DNA from: the human T2T-CHM13v2.0 reference genome, Homo sapiens
DNA length: 64,000 nt
Assembly (NCBI RefSeq): GCF_009914755.1
Contig: NC_060939.1
Strand: one strand, 5' to 3'
Under the pieces are notes generated by a model that saw only the letters and a program-made list of their open reading frames with translations, ran no database searches and was not told the DNA's origin. Position 1 is the first letter of the stretch. Every line of letters begins with the position of its first letter. This document shows positions 42,294-55,764 of the stretch, piece by piece. The position numbers and the translations under genes are program-made.

Positions 42294-44608
42294 GCGCGTT
42301 GCCTCCAGCAGGGACTGTTGGAGTGAGGGAGAGCTTCCACTAGTCCCTATAGGTTCCACCACCCAGGGCATCCGCAGGTAAATGTCTGCCATCACACGCA
42401 CATTAGGAACATTCCCTTTGCGTGAGATACACTGTTAGGAGAGTCACGGAGGGATTGGATGCTGTGTGATGGCGTGGCAGCTGTGGAAGTGGACGGAAAA
42501 ATCTCAGGCCTAGAGGAGTGCGTGGCACTGATGAGCTCCCAGGAAGGGAGACCCGGACCTTGTGTCAAGCTTCCTCGCACACAGGACCGGGTCCTGGTTC
42601 CCCTACTACAGAGAGTATGAGGTCCCAGCCTCAGGCAGACCTTGGTCTTGATTTTCAGTTAGCTGAGGACAGGGGAGTGCCAAGGGTGATGGGGAAGAGT
42701 GCAGAGCAATGGGTGTTGTAGCAGATGGCCAAAGCCTCTTCGGCCCTTCCCCCAGCGTTGGTCCCAGGGTCACCCCAGCATGGATTTCTTTGCCTCCTGA
42801 ACCGTGAGATGCCCATGGTGTGGTGGTGGAGACCTGGGTAGGACATATTCTCTGGTATTCCAGAGAAAAGGTGGTAGGGGGCTCACATGGACAGGTGTGC
42901 CATCAGTGGTCTTGGGCTCTCATTTGGTGGTGCTGGGCTTTCCGTGTATTCCTCTGATGGATGACAGGTCGGGCAGCAGGGGTCTTCAAGGGCAGTTCCC
43001 AGGCGTGTGAGGGTTGGGCTGCTGCCTGTGGCCCTGGGTCACTCCGATCTTCCTGGCAGAGTAATGGGCTCCACCGTTGTGTACATCTTCCTGTAAATAG
43101 TCTCTTGGCCCGCCATTGCCAGGCGGCCCCACCTGCTGCAGCTTGTGTGAGCAAATACTGCTCTTGATCCTTTTTCTTGCTTTGAAAGCAGCATCCGTCC
43201 CAAAGGCATCCAGAGGGAATGTGCCCTGGCCCAGGCCCAGGACCCTCCCGTGGGTTCCAATCATGCATGGGGCTGTCTGTGGAGGTCCGTGTCCATTCCG
43301 GGCAATGCGTGTGCAATCCCAGGGGTGTTGCCACGGAAAGTCTCTTGACTTGGGATGCCTCCACGCCTCTGCATGTTGGCAATGTTCCAGTGTTGGATTC
43401 CGCTACTCCCTATGCATGATGAAGCATTTTAGCTCCCTTAGCCAGTTTAAATTCACAGTGCAGCCAGGACAGCCGTGCCACTTTCAAGGGCACTTGGTTG
43501 GCTTAGGAAAGTTGGAAAGGATTGGTGGTTCTACAGTTCTCAGTTCACTTAGTAGCTGCATGCATGTAGACCTGGTGGTGCTGATGCAGTGTTGACTTGC
43601 CAGTGTTGGGGTGGGTAGTAGTGCAGTCAGATTGGCTGCATGAGGGGTTATTGCTTCTGAGGTCGGTGCAGGGATGCCCTGTGGGTGTGTCCAATTGAAG
43701 AACGATGACAGGCAGTGTGTCCTGTCAACCTGGTCCTTGGGAATTCAGGTAGGGACGTCCTGTTGGAAAAGCAGCCATTCTCTTTGGGTGTCCTGAGGGA
43801 ACGGTGCGGGCACATGGACTGAGTGGAGGGGAGGAGGCATGTATCTTGAGGTCCTTTTGCTAGGTTGCTAGTCCTACCTCTGGCCTTGATGCCAAGTTTC
43901 AGACTGACATGCTGGACTTTGCAAAGGCGCCCTCTGGAGCTGGTTGTGGTTGGTTTTCCGCCAGGTGCACCTCACCTAAGAGGGTGGCCAGAGACAGTGT
44001 CTTGTCATGACATCAGAAGCCCCATGAGGAAGAGGAGGAGCCTGTGCTCCTGCCAGAGGTGGTGGCTGTTAGGTAAGAGACCTGTGACCTGTTTCCACAT
44101 GGCCCGGAGGTCAAAGTTCACATCCAGTGATCGAAGGCCAGGGTCTTGAGCCATCGGATTGCTGGGGGGATCAGGTCTGGAGGCTGCAAACTAGAACTGC
44201 CCATTGTGGTGTTGGGACCCACATGTGCATTAGGGAGACAAACATGCCCATTTAAACTAACATTCTCACACATGCACACACCCACACCCACCCATACACA
44301 CACACTCTCATACACTCACACTCAAACTCACACTCTCTCTTTCACACACACACACACACACACACAGGCACAGACAGCCATAGGCTAATAGATGCAGCGA
44401 TGTGCACATGGTGTGGTTCTGGCCACATATGCTTTTAGGTGTCCACAGAGTGACGCAGGTAAGGTATATTCATGGAGCTGGAGGTCAGTCATGGAGGCCA
44501 AGGAGAAGCAGGTGTGTGAGTTGCCCTGTGGGAAAGAATGGTGTTGAAGTGTCCAGTGAACCTGGGCCTGTTTCTCAAGCATGCATTTGATTTCTTTACA
44601 CTTCTCAG

Positions 44609-44747
44609 GGACAGTTGCCGTGGGAGGTCCGCTGCCTGCTGTCAAGGAAGATGGTCGATGCTTCTGAGAAACAGGCCCTGCGGGTTCCTGGATTTGGTGT
44701 GGCCTGGCATCCACGGTGCACCCCGTGCTGGCGGGTGGCCCAGGACG
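44609..44747 (+). other. Host exon before SNORD116-5 (139 nt)
   Basis: CACTTCTCAG| ... ACG|GTAAGC. Confidence 0.75.
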
Positions 44748-44990
44748 GTAAGCATTTTTCTGCCCCGTGTGCTGAGTGATGGTGCCTTTAGAATTTCTGA
44801 GACCTGTGAGCAACAGTTTCTTGGCAGGCCATTAATGGCATGGCGAGTTCCATTCCCAAAGTGGATGGTCTGTGCCGGTTGTTCAGTGGCGCGGCTCTGG
44901 CTTCCCTAGGGTGCCAAAGTTCTTTAACGTCATCGGCTTGCCCACTGTCTGGCCTGTGGGTGTCAAATGTCCCACCTCTTCAAATGTGCT

Positions 44991-45087
44991 TGGATCGATG
45001 ATGAGTCCCCCATAAAAACATTCCTTGGAAAAGCTGAACAAAATGAGTGAGAACTCATACCGTCGTTCTCATCGGAACTGAGGTCCA
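44991..45087 (+). ncRNA. SNORD116-5: C/D snoRNA SNORD116-5
   Basis: Boxes C/D and terminal stem, 97 nt. Confidence 0.97.
45044..45061 (+). promoter_or_regulatory. ZNF274-binding motif
   Basis: Exact TGAGTGAGAACTCATACC. Confidence 0.75.
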
Positions 45088-47373
45088 GCACGTTGCCTCC
45101 CGTGGGGACTGTAGGAGCGAGGGACAACTTCCACTGGTTCCCATAGGTTCCACCACCGAGGACATCCACAGGCCAAAGTCTCCCATGAAATACTCGTTAG
45201 GAACATTCCCTCTGTGTGAGGTACATGGGTGGGAGATTTGTGGGGGCACTGGCTGCTCTGTGATGGCGTGGCGGCCATGGAAGAGGGGAGAAATGTCGTG
45301 GGCCTAGGGGAGTGTGTGGCTGGTCTCAGCTTGGTGAGCTTTCAGGAAGGGAGGCCTGGACCTCATGGGTGGCATCTCCATGCAGAGGACAAGGTCTCAC
45401 TTTTGCTACCAAGGAGAGCACAAGGTCCAGGCCTCAGGCAGACCTTGTTCTTGATTTCTGGTTAGCTGAGGACAGGGAAGTGCCAAGGGTGATGAGGGAG
45501 AGTGTGGAGCAATGGGTGCCACGGCAGATGGCCAATGGCTCTTCAGCCCTCCTGCCAATGTTGGTCACAGTGTCCCCCCAGCACGGATTTCTTTGCCTCC
45601 CGAAATGTAAGATGCCTGTGGTTTGGTGGTGAAGGTGTAGGCAGGGTGGTATTCCAGAGAAAAGGTGCTAGAGGGCTCTCGTGGACATGAGTGTGCATTG
45701 GGCTTTAATTTGGCAGTGATAGGCTTTCCATGGATTTCTCTGGTGGATGACAGGTCAGCCAGGGTGGGTCTTTGAGGGCATGTCTCTGGGTGAGTGAGTG
45801 TGAGGATGGTGTCCATGGCCCTGGGTCACTTCTGTTGTTCCCAGCAGAGTAGGGGGCTCTACTGTTGTGCACATCTTCCTGGAAATGGTCTCTTGGCCTT
45901 CGTTGTCGGGTGGCCCCACCTGCTGCTGCTCTCGTGAGCAAATACTGCTCTGTATCATTCCCGCTTTCCATCCCAAAAGTGTCCAGAGCGAATGTGCCCT
46001 GTCCCTGGCCTGGGACTCTCCTTTGGGCTCCAGTCATGCATGAGGCTACCCGTGGAGATCTATGTGCATTCTGAGCAGTGTGTTTGCAATCCCAGGGGCA
46101 TTGCCACAGAGAGTCTTGACTTGGCATGTCTCCATGTGACTGTGTGCTGGCGATGTTCCAGTGTTGGACTCCAAAAGTCCCTAGGCGTGATAAAGCATTT
46201 CAGCTCCCTTAGCTGGTTTGAAGTCACAGAGCAGGCAGGACAGCCATGCCACTTTCAAGGGCATACAGTTGGCACAGAAAAATTGGAAAGGATTGGTGGT
46301 CGTACATCTTGCAGCTCACTTAGTAGCTGCATGCATGTAGACCGGGTGGTGTTGATGCAGTGTTGACTTGCTGGCATTGGGGTGGGTGGTAGCATGGTCA
46401 AGCTGGCTGAGTGATGGGATATTGTCTCAGAGGTTGGTGCAGGGAAACTCTGTGGGTGTGTCTAATGCAAGGATAATGACAATGTCCTGTCTGCCTGGTC
46501 TTTGGGGGGTCAGGTGGAGATGTCCTTTTGGAAAGGCAGCCATTCTCTTTGAGTGTCCAGAGGGCATGGTGCAGGCACATGGATTGAGTGGAGGGAAGGA
46601 AGCGTGTGTCTTGAGGTCCTTTGGCTAGGTTGGGAAGACTACCTGTGGCCCTGATGCTGTTTCAGAGTGATGTGCTGGCCATTGCAAAGGCGCCCTCCAG
46701 TGCTGGTTGTGGTTGGTTTTCCATCAGGTGCACCTCACCTGGTAAAGGGGCCAGAGACAGTGTCTGGTCATGACATCAGATGCTCTGTGAGGAGGAGCAT
46801 GTGCTCGTGCCAGGGGTGCTGGCTGTTAGGCAAGGGACCTTGGACCTCTTTCCTCATGGCCTTGAGGTCAAAGTTCACATCCTATTGATTGAAGGCTGGG
46901 GTCTTGAGTCTTTGGTTTAGTGGGGTTGGTTCCGGTCTGGAGGCTGCAGACTATGACTGCCCGCTGGGGTGTTGGGAAACACATGTGCATTAGGGGGACA
47001 CACATCCACACAGAGACACACTCATGCACACATGTGTGCACAGCCACAGACAAATAGATGCAGCAATGGGTGTGTGCAATCGTTAGGCCACACACACTTA
47101 TAGGTGTCCATGGAGTGACACAGGTAAGGTATGAATGGGTCTTTGAAGGCATGTTTCTGGGCGAGTGAGTGTCGGGATGGTGTCCATGGCCCTGGGTCAC
47201 TTCTGGTCCTCCCAGCAGAGTAGTGGTATGAATATGGAGATGGAGGTCAGTCATAGGGTCCAAGGAGAAGCAGGGGTACGAGTTGCCCCGTGGGAAAGAA
47301 TGACATTGACGTGGTGACCAGTGGACGTGGGCCTATTTCTCAAGCGTGCATTTGATTTCTTTACACTTTTCAG

Positions 47374-47514
47374 GGGCAGTTGCCTTGAGAGGCCCACCGC
47401 CTGCTGGCATGACAGATGGTCAGTTCTTCCGAGCAGTGGAATCTCCATGGAGTCGTGGAGTCGGTGTGGCCTCGCATCCACAGTGCACCCTGTGCTGGTG
47501 GATGGCTCAGGACA
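47374..47514 (+). other. Host exon before SNORD116-6 (141 nt), weaker donor
   Basis: CACTTTTCAG| ... ACA|GTAAGC. Confidence 0.65.
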
Positions 47515-47683
47515 GTAAGCATTCCTCTGCCCCGCATGATGAGTGAGGGTGTCTTTAGAATTTCTGAGTCCCACAAGGAAGTTTTTCAGCTGGCCATTAA
47601 GGGCATTGTCGAGGCCTTTAAGGTCATCAGCTCGCACACTGCCCAGCCTGCAGTGTCAAATGTCCTGCCTCTTTGAATGTGGT

Positions 47684-47781
47684 TGGATCGATGATGAGTC
47701 CTCCAAAAAAAACATTCCTTGGAAAAGCTGAACAAAATGAGTGAAAACTCATACCGTCATTCTCATCGGAACTGAGGTCCA
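47684..47781 (+). ncRNA. SNORD116-6: C/D snoRNA SNORD116-6
   Basis: Boxes C/D and terminal stem, 98 nt. Confidence 0.97.
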
Positions 47782-50067
47782 GCACATTGCTTCCTCTGGG
47801 GCCTTTACTAGTGAGGGACAACTTCCACTAGTCCCTATAGGTTCTAACACCCATGGCGTTCACAGGTGAAGGTCTCCTGTCATATTACAAACATTCCCCC
47901 CACTCCCCTCCCAAAAAAAGGAACATTTCCTCTGTGTCAGGTACACAGGTCGGAGAGTCATAGGGTGACTGGCTGCTCTGTGATGGCATAGTGGCCGTGG
48001 AAGTGGATGGAAATGTCGCAGGCTTAGGGGAGTGTGGGGCTGGCCTCGGCTTGGTGAGCTCCCAGGAAGGGGGACCTGGAAATCGCTGCGGGCATCCTTG
48101 CATAGAGGACCAGGTACGTGTTCCAGTTCTGCTTTCAAGGAGAGCATGAGGCCCAGGCCTCAGACAGTCCTTGGTCTTGATCTTTGGTTAGCTGAGGACA
48201 GGGGAGTGCCAAGGGTGATAGGGGAGAGCGCACAGCAATGGATGTTGTGGCAGACAGCTAAAGCCTTTCTGTCCCTCCTTTCACGGTCAGTCCCAGGGGG
48301 CCCCCAGCACAGACTTTTTTCACCTCTCGAGCTGTGAGATTCCTGTGGTGTTGTGGCCAAGCCTGGGCAGGAAGGTACCCCAGAGAAAAGGTTGTAGAGG
48401 GCTCACGTGGACATGCATGCCATCAGTGGTCTTGGGCTGTCATTTGGTGGTGATGGGCTTTCCAGGGATTTCTCTGGTGGATGACAGGTTGGCCATTGGG
48501 GGTCTTCAAGGGCAGGTCCTAGGGAGCATGAGGGTCGGGCTGATGCCTGTGGTCCTGGGTCACTCCATTCTTCCTGGCAGAGTAGTAGAAGTGTCCATCT
48601 TCCTGGAAATGGTCTCTTGGCCCGCCATTGCCAGGCGGCCCCACCTGCTGCAGCTCGTGTGAGCAAATACTGCTCTGGATCCCATTTCCCGCTTTGAAAG
48701 CAGCTTCCATCCCAAAGGCGTCCAGAGGGAATGTGCCCTGGCCCTGGCCCTGGCCTGGGACTCTCCGATGGGGTCCAGTCACACTTGGCGTATTCATGGA
48801 GGTCCTTGTGCATTCCAGGCAACACATGTGCAATACCAGGGGCACTGCCGTGGAGAGTCTCTTGATTTGGGATGCCTCCTCGCCTTTGTGTGTTGGCGAT
48901 GTTCCAGTATTGGATTCTGCTACATCCTCAGGGCAATGAAGCGTTTCAGCTCACTTAGCCGGTTTGACATCATAGTGCAGCCAGGACAGCCGTGCCACAT
49001 TGGCATGGCACATAGTTGACTTAGGACAGTCGGAAAGGGTTGGTGGTTCTATGTCTCGCAGCTCACTTCATAGCTGTTTGCATGTAAACCTGGTGATGGT
49101 GTTGAGATGGTGTTGACTTGCTGACGTTGGGGTGGTTGGTAGTGCAGTTAAGTTGGCTGCATGATGGGATGTTGCCTCAGATGTCGGTGCAGCGAAGCCC
49201 TGTAGGTGTGTCCAATGCAAGGAAAATGAAAGGTGGTGTGTCCTGTCCACCTTGTCTTTAGGGGTTCAGGCAGGAATGTCCTGTTGGAAAACTAGCCATT
49301 CCCTTTGTGTGTCCTGAAGGCATGGTGCGGGCATGTGAACTGATTGGAGGAAGGAAGTGTGTGTCTTGAGGTCCTTTGGCTGGGTTCAGAAGACTGTCTC
49401 TGGCCTTGATGCCGTGTGCCGTGTTTAAGACCAACGTGGTGGCCATTGCAAAGGTGCCTTCCAGTGCAAGTTTTGGTTGGTTTGGTGTCAGGTGTGCCTT
49501 ACCTGGGAGAGCGGCGAGAGACAGTGTCTGGTCACGACATTATATGCCCCGTAAGGAGGACTGTGTGCTTGCACCGCCAGGGGTGCTGGCTGTTAGTCGA
49601 GGGACATCAGGCCAATGTCTGTCTGACCCCTAGGTCAAAATTCGCATCCTACTGATTGAAGGCCTTGGGTCTCGAGCCTTTTGGTTGCAGGTGTGGGGAT
49701 GGTTTCCAGGTCTGGAGGCTGCCAACTATGACAACCCGTTGTGCTGTTGGGAAACATCTGTGTGGGGGAGACACATACACATAGACACACTCACTCTGAC
49801 ATACACACCTACACATGCACAGGCGTGCACAGCCACAGGCAGATAGATGCAGCAATGGGTGTGTGCTATTGTTGTGGTCACATGTGCTTCCTAGGTGTCC
49901 ACAGAGTGACATGGGTCAGGTATATTCATGAAGATGGAGGTCTGTCATGGAGCCCAAGGAGAAGCCGGTGTGCAAGTTTCCCTGTGGGAAAGAATGGGAT
50001 TGAAGTGGTGACCAGTGGACTTGGGCCCGTTTCTCAAGCATGCATTTGATTTCTTTACACTTCTCAG

Positions 50068-50207
50068 CAGCAGTTGTCATGAGAGGTCTGCCGCTTGCTG
50101 GCAAGGAAGATGGTCAATTCTTCTGACCAACAGAGGCTGCCTTGAGTCCTGATTTGGTGTGGCCTGGCATCTATGGTGCACCCAATGCTGGTGAGTGGCT
50201 CAGGGTG
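50068..50207 (+). other. Host exon before SNORD116-7 (140 nt), atypical splice sites
   Basis: CTTCTCAG|CAGCAG ... GTG|GTAAGC, plus an extra donor CTG|GTGAGT at 50191. Confidence 0.55.
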
Positions 50208-50445
50208 GTAAGCATTCCTCTGCCCTGTGTGCAGAGGTGTCTTTTGAATTTTGAGACCTGCAAAGAGCTGTTTCTCAGCAGGCCACTAATGGCATGGCGA
50301 GTTCCACTCCCAGAGCTGATTGTCTGTGTTCATTGCTCAGTGGTGTGGCTCTGGGTTCCCCCCAGGATGCTGAAGGTGTTTAAGGTCATCAGCTCTCCCA
50401 CTGCCCAGCCTGTGGTGTCAAATGTTCTGCCTCTTCGAACGTGCT

Positions 50446-50542
50446 TGGATCGATGATGAGTCCCCCATAAAAACATTCCTTGGAAAAGCTGAACAAAATG
50501 AGTGAGAACTCATACCGTCGTTCTCATCAGAACTGAGGTCCA
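50446..50542 (+). ncRNA. SNORD116-7: C/D snoRNA SNORD116-7
   Basis: Boxes C/D and terminal stem, 97 nt. Confidence 0.97.
50499..50516 (+). promoter_or_regulatory. ZNF274-binding motif
   Basis: Exact TGAGTGAGAACTCATACC. Confidence 0.75.
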
Positions 50543-52496
50543 GCACGTTGCCTCCTCTGGGGACTGTAGGAGCGAGGGACAACTTCCACTGGTTCCCATG
50601 GGTTCCACCACCCAGGGCATTTACAGATGAAAATCTCCTATCACATGCATGTGAGGAACATTTCCTCTGTATGACATAGACGGATGGGACAGTTGTGGAG
50701 GGATTGGCCACTCTGTGATGTTGTGGCAGCCACGGAAGCAGGTGGAAGTGTTTTGACCTAGGGTTGTGTATGGCTGGTCTCGGCTTGGTGAGCTCCCAGG
50801 AAGGGAGACCCGGGCCTCGCAGCAGGTGTCTTTATGTAGAGGACCAGGTCACAGTTCCCCTGCCAAGGAGAGCATGAGGCTCAGGCCTCAGATAGACCTT
50901 GGTCTTCATTTTCCACTAGCTGATAATGGGAGTTCCAAGGTGATGGAGGAGAGCGCAGAGCAATGGGTGTCACCGCAGATGGCTAAAGCCTCTTTGGCCC
51001 TCCTTCCAGCATCAGTCACAGGTGCCCCCTGGCATGGATTTCTTTGCATCCCTAGCCATGAGATGACCATGGTGCAGTGACCAAGGCTTGGCCAGGATGG
51101 TACCCCAGAGAAAAGGTGGTGAAGGGCTCATGTGGACATGTGTGTCATCAGCTGCATTGGGCTGTCACTTGGTGGTGATGGGCTTCCCATGGATTTCTCT
51201 GGTGGATGACAGGTCAGCCAGGGCGGGTCTTTGAGGGCATGTCTCTGGGCAAGTGAGTGTCGGGATGGTGTCTGTGGCCCTGGGTCACTTCCGGTCTTCT
51301 CAGCAGAGTAGTGGGCTCCACCGTTGTGCACACCTTTCTGGAAATGGTCTCTTGGCATGCATTGTTGGGTGGCCTTACCTGCTGCAACTCATGTGAGCAA
51401 ATAACTGCTCTGGATCCTCTTTCCCGCTTGGAAAGCAATTTCCATTCTGAAGGCATCCAGAGGGAATGTGCCCTGGCCCTGGCCTGGGATTCTCCAGTGG
51501 GTTCCAGTCATGCATGGGGCTATCCACGGAGGTCTGTGTGCATTCCAGGCAATGCGTATGCAGTCCCAGCGGCATTGCCACAGAGAGTCTCTCGACTTGG
51601 GATGACTCTGCGTGTTGACAGTGTTCCAGTGTTGGATTCCGCTATGCCCTAGGCGTGGTGAAGCATTTCAGCTCCCTTAACTGGTTTGAAGTCTCAGCAC
51701 GGCCAGGACAGGCATGTCACGCTGAAGGGCACACAGTTGGCTTAGGAAAGCTGAAAAGGTTGGTAGTTCTACGGCTTGCAGTTCACTTAGCAGAAACGTG
51801 CTTGTGGACCCCGTGGTGTTGAGACAGTGTTGACTTATAGGCACTGTGGTATGTAGTAGTGAGGTCAAGTTGGCTGTGTGATAGGATGTTGCCTCAGAGG
51901 TCGGTGCAGGGAAGCCCTGTAGATGTGTCCAGTGCAAGAATGATGACAGGCGGTGTGTCCTGTCAACCTTGTCCTTAGGGGGTCAAGTGGAGATGTCCTC
52001 TTGGAATAGCAGCCATTAGCTAGGATGTCCTGAGGGCACGGTGTGGGCATGTGGACTGAGTGGAGGGGAGGAAGCCCGTGTCTTGAGATTGTTTGGCTAG
52101 GTTGGGAAGACTGCCTCTGGCCTTGACACTGAGTTTCAAACTGAGGTGCTGGACTTTGCGATGGTGCCCTCCAGTGCTGGTTGTAGTTGGTTTTCCACCA
52201 CATGTGCCTCACCTGAGAGGGCAGCCAGAGAGAGTGTCTGGTCACAACATCAGATGCCCTGTGAGGAGGAGTGTGTGCTCATGCCAGGCTTGGTGGCTGT
52301 TAGGCAAGGGACCTCGGGCCCATGTCCGCATGGCCTCAAGGTCAAAGTTCACATCCTACTGATTGAAGGCCTGGGTCTTGAGCTTTTGGGTTGTGAGGAG
52401 GTTCAGGTCTAGAGGCTGCAGACTATGACCACCCCTTGTGGTGTTGGGAAACATATGTGCATGAGGGAGACACACATACACACACACACAGACACA

Positions 52497-52531
<35 letters not shown>

Positions 52532-52778
52532 AGGCGTGCATAGCCACAGGCAAATAGATTCAGCAATGGGCACATGCTGTCGTTTCGGTCACACACGCTT
52601 CCTAGGTCTCCACAGAGTGACACGGGTCAGGTATATTCATGGTAATGGAAGTCAATCATGGAGGCCAAGGAAAAGTAGGTGTGTGAGTTGCCCTGTAAGC
52701 AAGAATGGCGTTGAAGAGGTGACCAGTGGACCTTGGTCTGTTTCTTAAGCATGCATGTGATTTCTTTACACTTCTAAG

Positions 52779-52918
52779 GGGCAGTTGCCGTGGGAGGCCT
52801 GCCGTCTGCTGAAAGGAAGATGGTTGATGCTTCTGAGCAATGAAGGCCCCATGGAGTCCTGGATTCGGTGTGGCCTTGCATCCGTGGTGCACCCCGTGCT
52901 GGTGGATGGCTCAGGACG
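52779..52918 (+). other. Host exon before SNORD116-8 (140 nt)
   Basis: CACTTCTAAG|GGGCAG ... ACG|GTAAGC. Confidence 0.65.
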
Positions 52919-53089
52919 GTAAGCATTCCTCTGCCCCGCATGATGACTGAGGGTGTCTTTAGGATTTCTGAGACCCACAAGGAGCAGTTCTTCAGCAGGC
53001 CATTAAGGGCATGGCTGTGGTCTTTAAAGTCATTGGCTCACCCACTGCCCAGCCTGTGGTGTCAAATGTCCTGCCTCTTCAAATGTGCT

Positions 53090-53186
53090 TGGATCGATGA
53101 TGAGTCCTCCAAAAAAACATTCCTTGGAAAAGCTGAACAAAATGAGTGAGAACTCATACCGTCGTTCTCATCGGAACTGAGGTCCA
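53090..53186 (+). ncRNA. SNORD116-8: C/D snoRNA SNORD116-8
   Basis: Boxes C/D and terminal stem, 97 nt. Confidence 0.97.
53143..53160 (+). promoter_or_regulatory. ZNF274-binding motif
   Basis: Exact TGAGTGAGAACTCATACC. Confidence 0.75.
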
Positions 53187-55106
53187 GCACATTTGCCTCT
53201 GCCGGGGACTGTAGGATTGAGGGACAACTTCCACTAGTTCCCATAGGTTCCACCTCCCAGGGCATCCACAGGCCAAAGTCTCCCATCACACACAGGTTAG
53301 GAACATTTCCTCTGTGCGATGTAGACGGGTAAGAGAGTCATGGGCAAATTGTCTGCTTTGTTATGGTGTGGCAGCCATGGAAGAGTACAGAAATTTTGCA
53401 GGCCTCAAGGAGTGTGTGGCTGGCCTCAGCTTGGTGAGCTCCCAGGAAGGGAGACCCAGATCTCGCGGCAGATGTCACTGCACACAGGACTGGGTCCGAT
53501 TTTTTTGCCAAGGAGAGCATGAGGTGTGGGCCTCAGGCAGATCTTTGTCTTGATTTCTGGTTACCTGAGGACAAGGGAGTGCCAAGTTGATGGGGAAGAG
53601 CAATGGGTGTCCCAGCAGATATCCAAAGGCTCTTTGGCTCTCCTTCCAGGGTTGGTCACAGGGCCTCCCTGGCAGGGATTTCTTGGCCTCCTGAGCTGTG
53701 AGCTGCTCGTAGTGCAATGGCAGAGGCCTGGGCAGGAAAGTATTCCAGAGAAAAGGTGGTAGAGGGCTCACGTGGACATGTGTGTCATCAGTGGTCTGGG
53801 GCTGTCATTTGGCAGTGATGGGCTTCACATGGATTTCTCTGGCAGATGACAGCTCAGCCAGCAGGGGTCATTGAGGGCAGGTCACAGTGAACATGAGGGT
53901 CAGGCTGGCACCCACAGCCCTTGGTCACTTCTGGTCTTCACGGCAGAGTAGTGGGCTCCACTGTTGTGCACATCTTCCTGGAAATGGTCTCTTGGCCCGC
54001 CGTTGCCGGATGGCCCCACCTGCTGCAGCTCGTTTGAGCAAATAGTGCTCTGGATCCACTTTCCCACTTGGAAAGCAGCTTCCATCCCGAAGGCATCCAG
54101 AGGGAATGTGCCTTGGCTCTGGCTCTGCCCTGGGCCTCTCCCATGGGCTCTAGTCACACTTGGGGCTATTCATGAAGGTCTGTGTGTATTCCAGATTCCA
54201 GGCAACATATGTGCAATCCCAATGGCATTGCCACAGAGAATCTTTTGACTTGGGATGCCTCCGTGCCACTGTATGATGGCGATATTCAAGTGCTGGATTC
54301 TGCTCCATCCTGGGGTGATGAAGCGTTTCAGTTCCCTTAGCCAGTTTGAAGTCACAGTGCAGCCAGGACAGCCATGCCACATTGACGGGCTTGTGGTTGG
54401 CTTAGGAAAGTTGGAAAGGATTGGTGGTTCTACAGCTAGCAGCTCACTTAGTAGCCACATGTATCTACACCTGGTGCTGGTGTTGAGGTGGTGTTGACTT
54501 GCAGGCATTGTTGTGGGTGGGAATGCGGTCAAGCTGACTGCACGATGGGACATTGCCTCTGAGGTCAGTGCAGGGAAGCCCTGTGAGGTGACCAGTGCAA
54601 GGACAATGTTAGGTGGTGTGTCTTGTCCACTCGGCTTTTGGGGCATCAGGCGTGGACGTCCTGTTGGAGAAGCAGCCATTCTCTTCAGGCATCCTGAGGG
54701 CACGTGTGCGTACGTGGACTGAGTGGAGTGGAGGAAGCTGTTTCTTGAGGTCGTTTGGCTAGGTTGGGAAGACCACCTCTGGCTTTGACGTCATGTATCA
54801 GTGCAACATTCTGAGCATTGGGCAGGTGCCTTCCAGCACAGGTTTTGGTTGGTTTTCCGCCAGATGTGCCTTACCTGGGAGTGCAGCAAGAGACAGTGTC
54901 TGGTCCCGACATCAGAGGCCCTGTGAGGAGTAGCCTGTATTCGCGCCAGGGGTGTGGTGGCTGTTACACGAGGGACATCAGGCCTATTTCCACGTGGCCT
55001 TGAGATCAGAGTGCACATCCTACTGATTGAAGGTCTTGAACCTTTGATTTGTTGGGGGGATCAGGTCTGGAGGCTGCAGACTATAACCGCCCATTGCAGT
55101 GGGAAT

Positions 55107-55144
<38 letters not shown>

Positions 55145-55383
55145 TGCACAGCCACAGGCAAATACTCGCAGCAATGGGCACATGAGGTTGTTCCAGGCAC
55201 ACACACTTCCTATGTGTCCACAGAGTGACAGAGGTAAGATACATTCATGGAGATGGAGATCAATCATGGAGGCCAAGGAGAAGCAGGCATGCAAGTTGCC
55301 CCACAGGTAAGAATGGGTTTGAAGTGACCAGTGGACCTGGGCCCATTTCTCAAGCATGCATTTGGTTTCTTTACACTTCTCAG

Positions 55384-55522
55384 GGGCAGTTGCCATGGGA
55401 GGCGCAGGCCTGCTGGAAGGAAGATGGTCGATTCTCCCAAGCAACAAAGGCCACGTAGAGTCCTGGTTTCAGTGTGGCCTGGTATCCACAGTGCACCCCG
55501 TGCTGGTGGGTGGCTCAGGACG
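55384..55522 (+). other. Host exon before SNORD116-9 (139 nt)
   Basis: CACTTCTCAG| ... ACG|GTAAGC. Confidence 0.75.
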
Positions 55523-55764
55523 GTAAGCATTCCTCTGCCCTTCGTGCTGAGTGAGGGTGTCTTTGGGATTCCCAAGACCCACAATGAACAGTTTTTCAGT
55601 AGGCCACTAATGGCATGCTGAGTTCCTCTCCTAGAGTGGATGGTCTGTACCTTTTGCTCAGTGGCACAGCTCTGGGTTCCCCAGGGTGCCGAACATGTTT
55701 AAGGTCATCGGCTCACCCACTGCCCAGCCTATGATGTCAAACATCCTGCGTCTTTGAATGTGCT

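Larger units (their letters stand above)
47684..50542 (+). ncRNA. sno-lncRNA1 (ends formed by SNORD116-6 and -7)
   Basis: Recalled from the literature; coordinates set by the snoRNA ends. Confidence 0.55.

Noticed and set aside
34077-53289. Recurrent - strand ORFs containing LDLSSDENDGMSSHSFCSAFPRNVF
   Set aside because: This is the antisense reading of the conserved snoRNA; starts, lengths and frames vary between units and there is no recognisable protein family
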